31,567 bases of DNA from an uncultured Candidatus Saccharibacteria bacterium (GCA_964530195.1 CAZGXQ010000030.1:1-31567), one strand, 5' to 3'; shown: positions 8,586 through 16,832, numbered from the stretch's first letter. The notes: generated by a model not told the origin, from the letters alone. Numbers and translations are program-made.

Positions 8586-11222
8586 ATGACAGATAATTCT
8601 CAAATTGAAAAGCTACCTCCTCAGTCAATTGAAGCAGAGAAATCTCTTTTGGGATGTTTGATGCTCGATAAAGACGCAATTTTAAAGGTAATTGATTTTC
8701 TCTCCCCTCAAGATTTTTATAAAAGCGCACACCAAGAAATATATTTAGCTTGTCAAGAACTTTTTGCTAAAGGAGAACCAATTGATATTCTCTCCCTTTC
8801 AAATAGATTAAAAGAAAAAGGAAAATTAGAAGAAGTTGGTGGAATAAGTTATTTAACTGAATTAGTAAACAGTGTTCCTACTGCAAGCCACGTTTTCCAT
8901 TATGCAAAAATTGTTCAAAAGAAGAGGATTTTGAGAGATTTAATTTCAGCTAGTCAAGAGATCGCACTTTTGGCTTATGATGAAAGTCAAGATCCTGAGA
9001 AAATTTTAGATGAGGCCGAAAAAAGAATTTTTAGTATAGCTCAAAAAGGAATTACTCAAAACTTTATTTCAGTAAAAGATACCTTAGAAGAAGCCTTTAA
9101 TAGAATTGACCAACTCTCAAAACATGGAGGGGGTTTAAGGGGTATTCCAACAGGATTTTCAGATTTAGATAACATTTTAGCCGGTCTTCAAAAATCAGAT
9201 ATGATTATTTTAGCAGCCAGACCTACATTAGGAAAAAGTGCCTTTGCTACTTGCATTGCGGCAAACGCTGCAATCAAATACAAGGTACCTGTTGGCATTT
9301 TCTCTTTAGAAATGTCAAGAGATCAGATTGTAGATAGATTAATTTCTATGGTTTCTGGCGTGGATTTGTGGAGAATAAGAACAGGAAGATTGTCAGCTGA
9401 AGGAGAAGATAATGATTTTACTAGAATTAGAAATGCATTAAGTGTGCTCGCTGAGGCCCCAATTTATATTGATGATGGAGCTGCAACTAATATTTTACAA
9501 ATGAAAGCAATGGCAAGAAGACTTCAGGCAGAAAAAGGTTTGGGGTTATTAATTATTGATTATCTTCAATTAATTCAACCCTTAAATCCCAAAGCCTCAC
9601 CAGTGGAACAGGTTTCTGAGAATTCAAGAGCATTAAAAGCTTTGGCAAAAGAACTTAACATTCCAGTATTAGTTATTTCTCAACTTTCAAGAGCAGTAGA
9701 ACAAAGATCACCTCAAATTCCAAGACTTGCAGATTTGAGACAGTCAGGATGTTTAGCAGGAGATACTCTTTTAACTAGAGCAGATACCGGAGAGAGAGTG
9801 AAAATAAAAGACTTAGTGGGAAAAAAAGATATTTTAATTTATACCCTTGATAAAGATTGGAAGTTGAGAGTTGGGAAAATTTCTAAAGTTTTTTGGAGCG
9901 GAAAAAAGAAGGTGTATTTATTAAAAACTCGAAGTGGATTTGAGATCAAAGCTTCAGCCAATCATCCTTTTAGAAAATTTGATGGTTGGTATCCCTTAGA
10001 AAAACTAAAAATTGGTGACAAAATTGCTACAGCTAAAAAACTCATTCCCTTTGCCCCTAAAAACGAACTTTCTGAAGATGAAATCATTCTCTTGGCCCAT
10101 CTTTTAGGTGATGGTTGTGTAGTTGAGCATCAACCTATTCATTATACGAGTAGCAGTTTAAGAAATATTCAAATAGTTGCAAAAGCTGCAAAGAAATTGT
10201 TTAAAATAGAACCTCGACTCGTCCGCCAGGAAAACTGGTATCATCTTTATCTTCCATCCCCATACCATTTAGCACCAGGAAAACATCACCCGATTATAAA
10301 TTGGTATGAAAAATTAGGATTGAAACCCGCTCATACATGGGAAAAGGTTATACCCGAAGCTGTTTTTACTCTCGATAAAAAGAAATTGGCTCTTTTTCTT
10401 TCTCATCTTTGGGCGACAGATGGAAATGTTAGCGAAAGAAAAATGAAAAAAAGAAAAGCATCTACCGCTTTATTTTACTCTACAACTAGTTTAAGAATGG
10501 CTCAAGATCTAAAAGAGCTTTTGTTAAGATTTGAAATTAGAAGTAGAATTTCTGAAAAGAAAAAAGTAGGTTATAAACCATGGTATATGGTTGAAATTCA
10601 GGGAAAAGAACATCAAATGAAATTTCTTAAAGAAATTGGAGTTTTTGGTCAAGAAAAGATTGTAACTAAATTGATAAAAAATCTTGAAAAAATTGTTCCA
10701 AATACCAATTTAGATGTAGTACCAAAAGAAGTTTGGTATTTAATCGATGAAATAAGAAGGAAAAAAGAATTAAGCTGGAAACAACTTTGCCAGAGTTTAG
10801 GAGTTGCTTTTGGAGGGAGGAATTCTTTATTCAAAAGAAATATCAGTTTCCAAAGATTAAAAATAATAGCTAATCATCTCTCTTCTCCAGAACTTTCAAA
10901 TTTAGCTGAAGGGGATGTTTTTTGGGACGAAATTGTTTCAATCAAACCTTTAAAAGTTGAGGATGTTTATGATCTTACTATTCCAGGAACTCATAACTTT
11001 TTGGCTAATAATATTATTGTTCACAATTCGATTGAACAAGATGCGGATGTGGTTTTGTTTATTTATCGTGAAGATTATTATCGTCCAGAAACTTCAAGGA
11101 AAGGAATTGCCGATATTATCGTGGCTAAACACCGAAATGGTCCTGTGGGAAGAGTTGAATTATACTTTGATGAAAGAACTGTAAGTTTTAGAGATTTAGA
11201 AAAAGGTTTTTTTGAAGAATAA
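8586..11222 (+). CDS. dnaB: replicative DNA helicase DnaB containing an intein
   Basis: LPPQSIEAEKSLLG, GIPTGF, ARPTLGKS, IIDYLQL, LSQ-type VISQLSRAVEQR, DLRQSG|intein|SIEQDAD, IIVAKHRNGPVG. The spliced product would be 452 aa. Confidence 0.98.
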   Translation: MTDNSQIEKLPPQSIEAEKSLLGCLMLDKDAILKVIDFLSPQDFYKSAHQEIYLACQELFAKGEPIDILSLSNRLKEKGKLEEVGGISYLTELVNSVPTASHVFHYAKIVQKKRILRDLISASQEIALLAYDESQDPEKILDEAEKRIFSIAQKGITQNFISVKDTLEEAFNRIDQLSKHGGGLRGIPTGFSDLDNILAGLQKSDMIILAARPTLGKSAFATCIAANAAIKYKVPVGIFSLEMSRDQIVDRLISMVSGVDLWRIRTGRLSAEGEDNDFTRIRNALSVLAEAPIYIDDGAATNILQMKAMARRLQAEKGLGLLIIDYLQLIQPLNPKASPVEQVSENSRALKALAKELNIPVLVISQLSRAVEQRSPQIPRLADLRQSGCLAGDTLLTRADTGERVKIKDLVGKKDILIYTLDKDWKLRVGKISKVFWSGKKKVYLLKTRSGFEIKASANHPFRKFDGWYPLEKLKIGDKIATAKKLIPFAPKNELSEDEIILLAHLLGDGCVVEHQPIHYTSSSLRNIQIVAKAAKKLFKIEPRLVRQENWYHLYLPSPYHLAPGKHHPIINWYEKLGLKPAHTWEKVIPEAVFTLDKKKLALFLSHLWATDGNVSERKMKKRKASTALFYSTTSLRMAQDLKELLLRFEIRSRISEKKKVGYKPWYMVEIQGKEHQMKFLKEIGVFGQEKIVTKLIKNLEKIVPNTNLDVVPKEVWYLIDEIRRKKELSWKQLCQSLGVAFGGRNSLFKRNISFQRLKIIANHLSSPELSNLAEGDVFWDEIVSIKPLKVEDVYDLTIPGTHNFLANNIIVHNSIEQDADVVLFIYREDYYRPETSRKGIADIIVAKHRNGPVGRVELYFDERTVSFRDLEKGFFEE
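9750..11027 (+). mobile_element. intein (426 aa) with LAGLIDADG homing endonuclease at the RESG/SIEQ DnaB site
   Basis: Begins CLAGDT, block B ASANHPF, blocks C and E LLAHLLGDG and FLSHLWATDG, ends HNFLANNIIVHN followed by Ser+1. Confidence 0.96.
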
Positions 11223-11224
11223 AA

Positions 11225-11833
11225 ATGTACCCTCCTTCGATTCAAAAATTAATTAATTTTTTTTCTGAATTTCCTGGAGTAGGTCCAAGAACCGCTACTC
11301 GCTTTGTTTTTCATTTGTTAAAAAAGGAAAAATCAAAAATAAAAGAATTAGCTTTAGCTATTTTAGATCTAAAGAAAAAAATAAAATTTTGCGAATTTTG
11401 TTTCAAACCCTTTGAGCCGAAAGAAAGCCCAAATCAAATGCTTTGTGAAATTTGTTCAAATCCTCTTCGCGAGAAAAGTTTATTATGTGTTGTTGCAAAT
11501 GAAATTGATTTAGAAGCGATAGAAAAAACAAAAAAATACAAAGGAAGGTATTTTATATTAGGAGGAACAATTCCAGCTTTAAAAAAAGCTGATTTTGAGA
11601 AATTAAGAATTAAGGAATTAGAAAAAAGGCTCAAACATAATCCAGAAATTGAAGAAATAATTTTAGCCTTTAATCCAAATACGGAAGGAGAAGCCACAAC
11701 TTTATATTTGGAAAGAATTTTAAAACCTTATAATAAAAAAATTACAAAACTTGCTAAAGGATTGCCTATTGGAGGAGAAATTGAATACGCTGACGAAGAA
11801 ACCCTTTCTTTCGCTATTTTGAAAAGAAGTTAA
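11225..11833 (+). CDS. recR: recombination mediator RecR
   Basis: FPGVGPRTATRF, C4 zinc finger CEFC...CEIC, Toprim IILAFNPNTEGEAT, LAKGLPIGGEIEYAD. Confidence 0.96.
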   Translation: MYPPSIQKLINFFSEFPGVGPRTATRFVFHLLKKEKSKIKELALAILDLKKKIKFCEFCFKPFEPKESPNQMLCEICSNPLREKSLLCVVANEIDLEAIEKTKKYKGRYFILGGTIPALKKADFEKLRIKELEKRLKHNPEIEEIILAFNPNTEGEATTLYLERILKPYNKKITKLAKGLPIGGEIEYADEETLSFAILKRS

Positions 11834-11872
11834 ACGCTCTTTTTGTATTTTTGAGTTAAAGCAGTGCACTCC

Positions 11873-11901
11873 TTGACAAATTTTAAAAGATTTTTTATAA
11901 T
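11873..11901 (+). promoter_or_regulatory. perfect-consensus sigma70 promoter of the 11992 orphan
   Basis: TTGACA (11873-78), 17 nt, TATAAT (11896-901). Confidence 0.85.
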
Positions 11902-11925
11902 TAATATAGCTCTTTTACAAGAAAA

Positions 11926-11978
11926 CCCCTTAAGTCCTACCCAAAAAAGTAGGCGCCTGACCGAAAGGCAGGCAGGGG
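11926..11978 (+). ncRNA. candidate structured 5' leader (three-way junction); no known family assigned
   Basis: P1 CCCCT/AGGGG, P2 CCTAC/GTAGG, P3 GCCTG(A)CC-GAAA-GGCAGGC, immediately before SD AGGAGGT. A GC-rich island in very AT-rich DNA. Confidence 0.5.
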
Positions 11979-11991
11979 GAAGGAGGTAAAA

Positions 11992-12294
11992 ATGAGCAAC
12001 TTGAAAGAAGAGTTTGAGAGGTATCTTAAGAAAAACGGATTTCAAATTAGCTCGTTTCTTCTTATACTTGAGGACACGGATTCTGGCTCTGGAATTTCGG
12101 TATTTAGTTTCATTAAGGCGTTATTATCCCAATATTCGATGGGGAAAATTATGGAACTAATTGGAGCTTTAGTAGTCTATCATTTTGCAGAGATCAGGCT
12201 AGAAAACAAGGACTTGAAAATTTTGTTGACGCAAGAAGGAAAAAATGCAGTAGCTAAACTCAAAAGCTTAATGGGCCACAAACCTGTAAAGTAA
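11992..12294 (+). CDS. orphan protein, 100 aa, possible degenerate winged-helix C-terminus
   Basis: SD AGGAGGT 4 nt before ATG; own promoter and terminator. Tail ELIGALVVYHFAEIRLENKDLKILLTQEGKNAVAKL resembles the MarR/PadR wing ('LT..G'). Confidence 0.75.
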   Translation: MSNLKEEFERYLKKNGFQISSFLLILEDTDSGSGISVFSFIKALLSQYSMGKIMELIGALVVYHFAEIRLENKDLKILLTQEGKNAVAKLKSLMGHKPVK

Positions 12295-12308
12295 GAAAAG
12301 TTTTTGAG

Positions 12309-12338
12309 GACCTGAGCGGAGCTTGCTCAGGTCTTTTT
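12309..12338 (+). terminator. intrinsic terminator
   Basis: GACCTGAGC-7nt-GCTCAGGTC (9-bp perfect stem) plus TTTTT. Confidence 0.85.
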
Positions 12339-12357
12339 ATTAATAAAAAATTTTAGT

Positions 12358-12666
12358 TTATTCTATTTTTAAAATTTCCACTCTAGTAAATGGTTGGCGA
12401 TGCCCTTTTTTTACTTTGTAGCGAGTTTTTCTTCTATATTTCAAAATAGTAATCTTTTTTTTCTTTCCTTGCTTTATTACTTTTCCTATTACTTTTACTC
12501 CTTCAACAAAAGGAGTTCCAATTTTTAACTCTCCCTCTTTCTCAACTAATAAAACTCGAGAAAACTCTACTTCTTCTCCTTCTTTTTTTTCAATTCTTTC
12601 AATATTTATTCTTTTTCCAGGCTCTACTAAATATTGTTTTCCTCCCGTTTCGATTACTGCTAACAT
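12358..12666 (-). CDS. rplU: 50S ribosomal protein L21
   Basis: MLAVIETGGKQYLV ... KYRRKTRYKVKKGHRQPFT. Confidence 0.97.
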   Translation of the reverse strand: MLAVIETGGKQYLVEPGKRINIERIEKKEGEEVEFSRVLLVEKEGELKIGTPFVEGVKVIGKVIKQGKKKKITILKYRRKTRYKVKKGHRQPFTRVEILKIE

Positions 12667-12667
12667 C

Positions 12668-13603
12668 TTATTTTAATTTTGGTTTTTCTTCACCTTTTAA
12701 TTTGATAATAGACGACCTAATTTGTGAAAGATATTGTTTGTATTCAGAATAAGCATTTGAAATCATTGTTGCCCCTCGATAAATCTTATTTTCTAAAATA
12801 TTTTCCATTTCGTCAAGATTTTTTGAAATTGCTAACAAGTGATTTTGCAGATTTTCAATATCAATCGAAATTGCATATTGTAAATGGAGCCTATACATGT
12901 AGAGCAAAAGAGGCAGAACCATTGAATAAGGGATTAAAATAATATTATTTTCTCTAGCTTTCAAATGAGCTCTTTTACAAACACTAAATACTGAGTCAGG
13001 TAATGCAGCAATTGCTTGTGACCAAGTTAAATTTGGATCAATGTATTGTTTTACTTCTTTTATTCTTTCAATTACCTTTTCCTCAATTTCTTCAATGATT
13101 TCCTTTCTTTTTTCTTGGTCTTGTTCTTTTTCTAATTTTAGCAAAAGATGACCAGCTGGCCATTTTGAATCAATTGGCAATCTTTTGCCATTTGGCAAAA
13201 TTAAAGCAAATTCCACTACTTTCCCCCCAACTTTAAAATTTGTTTCAATCATTTCAGGAGGTAATTTTTTAAAAGTTTCAGTTAAAATTTCTTCTCCCGA
13301 AAGACCCTTGGTAGAGGTTCCAGCGATTATATCATCTATTCTTTTTATTCTTTCTAAAAACTCTTTTTCTCTTTCTTTTCTAATCTCATCTCTTTTTCTT
13401 AATTCTTCTAATAGATCTCGAGTTAAAGATTTTAACTCTTCTCTTGTTTTTTCTAGTCCATTTTTCAAGTTATCCTGAAACTGGCTTCCAAGGGAAATTT
13501 TTTCCTTGATTTCTTGCAATCTTTCAGTGATTTTTGTGAAAAGATAAAAGAAAACCCCAGAAACAAAAAAAGTGAAAAGGAGAATTAAAGTTTCATTCAT
13601 CAC
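12668..13603 (-). CDS. rmuC: RmuC-family DNA recombination protein (N-terminal TM, coiled coil, PD-(D/E)xK-like domain)
   Basis: KGLSGEEIL, LILPNGKRLPIDSKWP, KQYIDP..T...AIAALP. Confidence 0.8.
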   Translation of the reverse strand: MMNETLILLFTFFVSGVFFYLFTKITERLQEIKEKISLGSQFQDNLKNGLEKTREELKSLTRDLLEELRKRDEIRKEREKEFLERIKRIDDIIAGTSTKGLSGEEILTETFKKLPPEMIETNFKVGGKVVEFALILPNGKRLPIDSKWPAGHLLLKLEKEQDQEKRKEIIEEIEEKVIERIKEVKQYIDPNLTWSQAIAALPDSVFSVCKRAHLKARENNIILIPYSMVLPLLLYMYRLHLQYAISIDIENLQNHLLAISKNLDEMENILENKIYRGATMISNAYSEYKQYLSQIRSSIIKLKGEEKPKLK

Positions 13604-13604
13604 C

Positions 13605-14573
13605 TTATTTTAACCAAATTTGAGTTAAAATTTCAAATGTCAAAAAAATAAAATAAATCAAAACTAGAAAATAACCTTCCCTGGCAGTGATTTTTTTTCC
13701 TGTTTTAATAAAAACAAGAAAGAATAAAGCTGAAATTAAAAGAAAAATCCTTGCTATAAAAAATGGAGAGAGCTCAAGATTTTCAATTGGAGAAATTAAC
13801 ACAACAGACCCCAAAACTAAAGTTGCAGTTAAAATTACAGACCCCATTACATCTCCAACGATAAACCAGTCTTGAGATTTTCTGGCTGCTTGTAAAGTAA
13901 ATGACAATTCAGGCAAGGCGTTTCCAAATCCAACTATTAATATTCCAATTATTCCTAAATCTAAATAAAAATATTTTGAAAAGAAAATTGCAGAGTTTAC
14001 GATTTGTCTTCCAGCTAAATAAAGCAAAACCGCAGAAAAGATAAAAAATAACACATGTTTCAAAAAAGATTTTATGTTTTGAGAACCCACGTCTTTATCG
14101 TAAACTTTTTCGAATCTTTCTCTTTTTTGAAATAACCAACTAAGATAGAACAAAAAGGCGCTCAAAAGCAAAATTCCGTCAATTCTGTTTAAATTTCCAT
14201 CTAAAGCAAGTAAAAGTGGTAAAACTGCGACTAAAATCGTAAAAATAGCGCTTCCTTGGACAGTTCTACTTGGCACAGAGAGACCAGCCTTAGAAATTAT
14301 AGCTGAGAGACCAATAATTAATGTTAAAGAACAAATATTAGTTCCAACCACATCACCAAAAGCTAAAATTGAAACTTTATTTAAAGCAGAAATTACATCT
14401 ACAACAAGATTTGGAATGGTTGTTGCTATGGCAATGGTGAAAAAGGAGACGACAAACTCTTTCCATTTTAAAAACCTTGAAATTTTCTTTAAACTTTCAA
14501 TTAAAAAACTACTTGAAAAAAATAAAATTAAAAACGAAAAGATAAAAAGTAAAATATGTGCGATTAAATCCAT
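13605..14573 (-). CDS. CaCA-superfamily (YrbG/NCX-like) cation exchanger
   Basis: Two alpha-repeats (IATTIPNL...GDVVGTNI and GNALPEL...GDVMGS), RIDGILLL and AREGYFL, about 10 TM segments. Confidence 0.82.
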   Translation of the reverse strand: MDLIAHILLFIFSFLILFFSSSFLIESLKKISRFLKWKEFVVSFFTIAIATTIPNLVVDVISALNKVSILAFGDVVGTNICSLTLIIGLSAIISKAGLSVPSRTVQGSAIFTILVAVLPLLLALDGNLNRIDGILLLSAFLFYLSWLFQKRERFEKVYDKDVGSQNIKSFLKHVLFFIFSAVLLYLAGRQIVNSAIFFSKYFYLDLGIIGILIVGFGNALPELSFTLQAARKSQDWFIVGDVMGSVILTATLVLGSVVLISPIENLELSPFFIARIFLLISALFFLVFIKTGKKITAREGYFLVLIYFIFLTFEILTQIWLK

Positions 14574-15676
14574 TTTAAAAAATGAAGAATTTCAAGAATT
14601 ACCCCAAAGACCAAAATTAAAAATAAAGGATAAATTAAAATTGATTTTGGTTTTATTTTTTTGTACATTGCCAAAATTAAAATTCCGTCAATTCCCAAAA
14701 GAATTGCTCCAACAAAAGAAATGACCAAAATAAATTCTTTAATACCAAGAAGATAAAAAAACAAAGGAACAAAACAAGTGAGGAAAAAAGAAAGATTTTT
14801 ATTAAACCCTAGATCGTACCAAAAAACTTTTTTTAAAGTAAGACCTAAACTAATAAATGAAGTAAAAGTAGTTAAAACCCCAAAAAAAAGAGTTAATGAA
14901 ACTATTCCATCTCCCAAAAAATATTTTAATCCAGAAAGCGCAGATTCTGTCGTATTTTTTCCACAGATTCCCAAGATTAAAAAAATAAAAAATAGATAAG
15001 CAAAAATTGGAATTAAAATGGCAACAGGAATTATTTTTAAAAGTGATTGTTTTTTATCCTTTAGCATTTCTTCTACTTCTGGAATTAATGCAGCTCCCCA
15101 AAGAGAAAAAAGAATGGGTCCATAAGGCAAAATAAAAGTTTTAAGAGTCGGAGCTTTTGTAATTAATAAATTTTCAATTTTAATTAAATGCCAACCCTTA
15201 AAGAAAATTAAAAAAAGAGAGAAAAAGAAAAGCAAAAGACCCCAAAATTCAATTTTAGCTACGACCTTTATTCCAAAAAAGATTAAGATGGCACCAACTA
15301 AAAAGTAAAAAAGAGTATAAATTAATTCATTTCCTCCAAAAATTGGAGAAAGTAAAGAGTTTAAAAATTCTCCCCCAACTATTAAATAAGCTAAAATTGC
15401 TCCTAATAATCCAAAAACAGTTGAAAAAATAGCAACTCTTTCTCCATTTTTTCCCAGATAAATTTTTGCAAAACCTGGAAATCTTTTATAATCTTCTGTT
15501 TTTAAAGCAATTTCTCCAAGCAATGAATGAATTAAAATTGCAACCATTCCTAACAAAAGAAAATATCCCAAAACAGTCCAAAACCCGCTTACCAATGTAA
15601 TATAGGGTAGGGCAAAAATTCCCACCCCAATTATAGTTCCAGAAAGAGTTGCAATAGCTAAAATTGTTTCTTTCAT
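14564..15676 (-). CDS. amino-acid permease (aromatic/HAAAP-like family)
   Basis: AIATLSGTIIGVGIFALPY, PYGPILFSLWG...IPE, TTFTSFISLG; about 11 TM segments. Confidence 0.82.
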   Translation of the reverse strand: MKETILAIATLSGTIIGVGIFALPYITLVSGFWTVLGYFLLLGMVAILIHSLLGEIALKTEDYKRFPGFAKIYLGKNGERVAIFSTVFGLLGAILAYLIVGGEFLNSLLSPIFGGNELIYTLFYFLVGAILIFFGIKVVAKIEFWGLLLFFFSLFLIFFKGWHLIKIENLLITKAPTLKTFILPYGPILFSLWGAALIPEVEEMLKDKKQSLLKIIPVAILIPIFAYLFFIFLILGICGKNTTESALSGLKYFLGDGIVSLTLFFGVLTTFTSFISLGLTLKKVFWYDLGFNKNLSFFLTCFVPLFFYLLGIKEFILVISFVGAILLGIDGILILAMYKKIKPKSILIYPLFLILVFGVILEILHFLKWI

Positions 15677-15680
15677 TTTG

Positions 15681-15753
15681 TGCCGCCAACCGGATTTGAA
15701 CCGGTGTTTTCAGCTTGAGAAGCTGATGTCCTAGGCCACTAGACGATGGCGGC
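15681..15753 (-). tRNA. tRNA-Glu (anticodon CTC), CCA not encoded
   Basis: Acceptor GCCGCCA/TGGCGGC, D-arm CGTCTAGTGGCCTAGGAC, anticodon arm TCAGC-TTCTCAA-GCTGA, T-arm CCGG-TTCAAAT-CCGG. Confidence 0.95.
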
Positions 15754-15767
15754 GAAACACTCAAATT

Positions 15768-16832
15768 TTACAAAATTTTTTTAATTTCATCAACTATTTC
15801 TTTCATTTTCATTTCTCTTGAACCATCAACTAAAATCAAATCTCCTTCTTGAATTTTCTCTTTTAAAGTTGAGATTCCCTCTTTTATTGTATTAAAATGA
15901 AAAATCTTTTCTGAATCCATTCCCCTTTCAAACGCTTTTTGCGAAATAAATTTTGTTCTTTGGCCAAAAGTAAATAACAAATCTACATTTTTGACTATTC
16001 TTTCTCCAATTGCTTCATGAGCTTCAATTGTATATTTGCCAATTCCAATTATATCTCCCAAAACTGCTATTTTTCTTTTTGCCCAATTAATTTTTCCAAG
16101 AATCTCTATCGCTTCTATCATTGAAAAAATAGTTGCAGAATCTGTGTCATCAATAATCCAAGAATTTTTTATTCCCTCAATTAATTTCATTTTTCCTGGA
16201 ATTGATGAGTAATTTTTTAAACTTTGGCAAATTTCAACCAAATTTAAACCCAAAATTGTTCCCACAGCTATAGCTGAAAGTCCTGAATAAATTTGCTCTT
16301 TACCAAATGTTCCCTCTATCCAAAAAGGAACAATGTTTCCTTTGTAGCTCACTTTAAAGTTTACTCCCCGATTCAATTTTACTTCCTCTGCTCTAAAATC
16401 ACTTCCCTTTTGAAACCCAAAAGTAATTTCATTTAAGTTTGTTTCGTCTTTTATTTCTCTTACAGTTTCATCATCAAAATTCAAAACCAAATATCCAAAG
16501 TAAGGAATAGTCTTTGCTAACTTTTTAATTTCGTAAGTTTTTTCAATTTCACCAGCAAAAAAATCTTTATCAAATGGAATATCCCCAACATGAGTTATAA
16601 CTAAAATTGGGAGCTGAGAATTTTTTATTAAAAAATTTAATCTCTTTATTTCCCTTTCTTTTTTTAGTTCGGAATCTAAAATTAGAACATCTTTACCAAT
16701 TCTAAAGTGAGGGCTTAAAACACATTTTATTGCCTCTTTAGCGCAAACCCTTCCTTCTCCAGTAATAATTACTACTTTTGGTTTTTTAAATACTATTTGA
16801 AAATCTTTAAAAAAATTAAAAATTTCACTCAT
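15768..16832 (-). CDS. MurF-like Mur ligase with degenerate active-site motifs
   Basis: Fold motifs LVLNFDD, IIDD, KIAVLGD and LILV.GSR place it in MurF, but the P-loop reads ITGEGRVCAKE (no GKT). Confidence 0.75.
   Translation of the reverse strand: MSEIFNFFKDFQIVFKKPKVVIITGEGRVCAKEAIKCVLSPHFRIGKDVLILDSELKKEREIKRLNFLIKNSQLPILVITHVGDIPFDKDFFAGEIEKTYEIKKLAKTIPYFGYLVLNFDDETVREIKDETNLNEITFGFQKGSDFRAEEVKLNRGVNFKVSYKGNIVPFWIEGTFGKEQIYSGLSAIAVGTILGLNLVEICQSLKNYSSIPGKMKLIEGIKNSWIIDDTDSATIFSMIEAIEILGKINWAKRKIAVLGDIIGIGKYTIEAHEAIGERIVKNVDLLFTFGQRTKFISQKAFERGMDSEKIFHFNTIKEGISTLKEKIQEGDLILVDGSREMKMKEIVDEIKKIL

Noticed and set aside
11955-11978. CTGA...GAAA as a hammerhead ribozyme or SRP RNA helix 8
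   Set aside because: The CUGANGA core, stem order and NUH cleavage site are absent, as is the SRP CAGG/AGCA internal loop.
11830-12045. 71-aa minus-strand ORF between recR and rplU
   Set aside because: It is antisense to a consensus promoter, structured leader and SD-bearing plus-strand gene, and has no initiation signal of its own.
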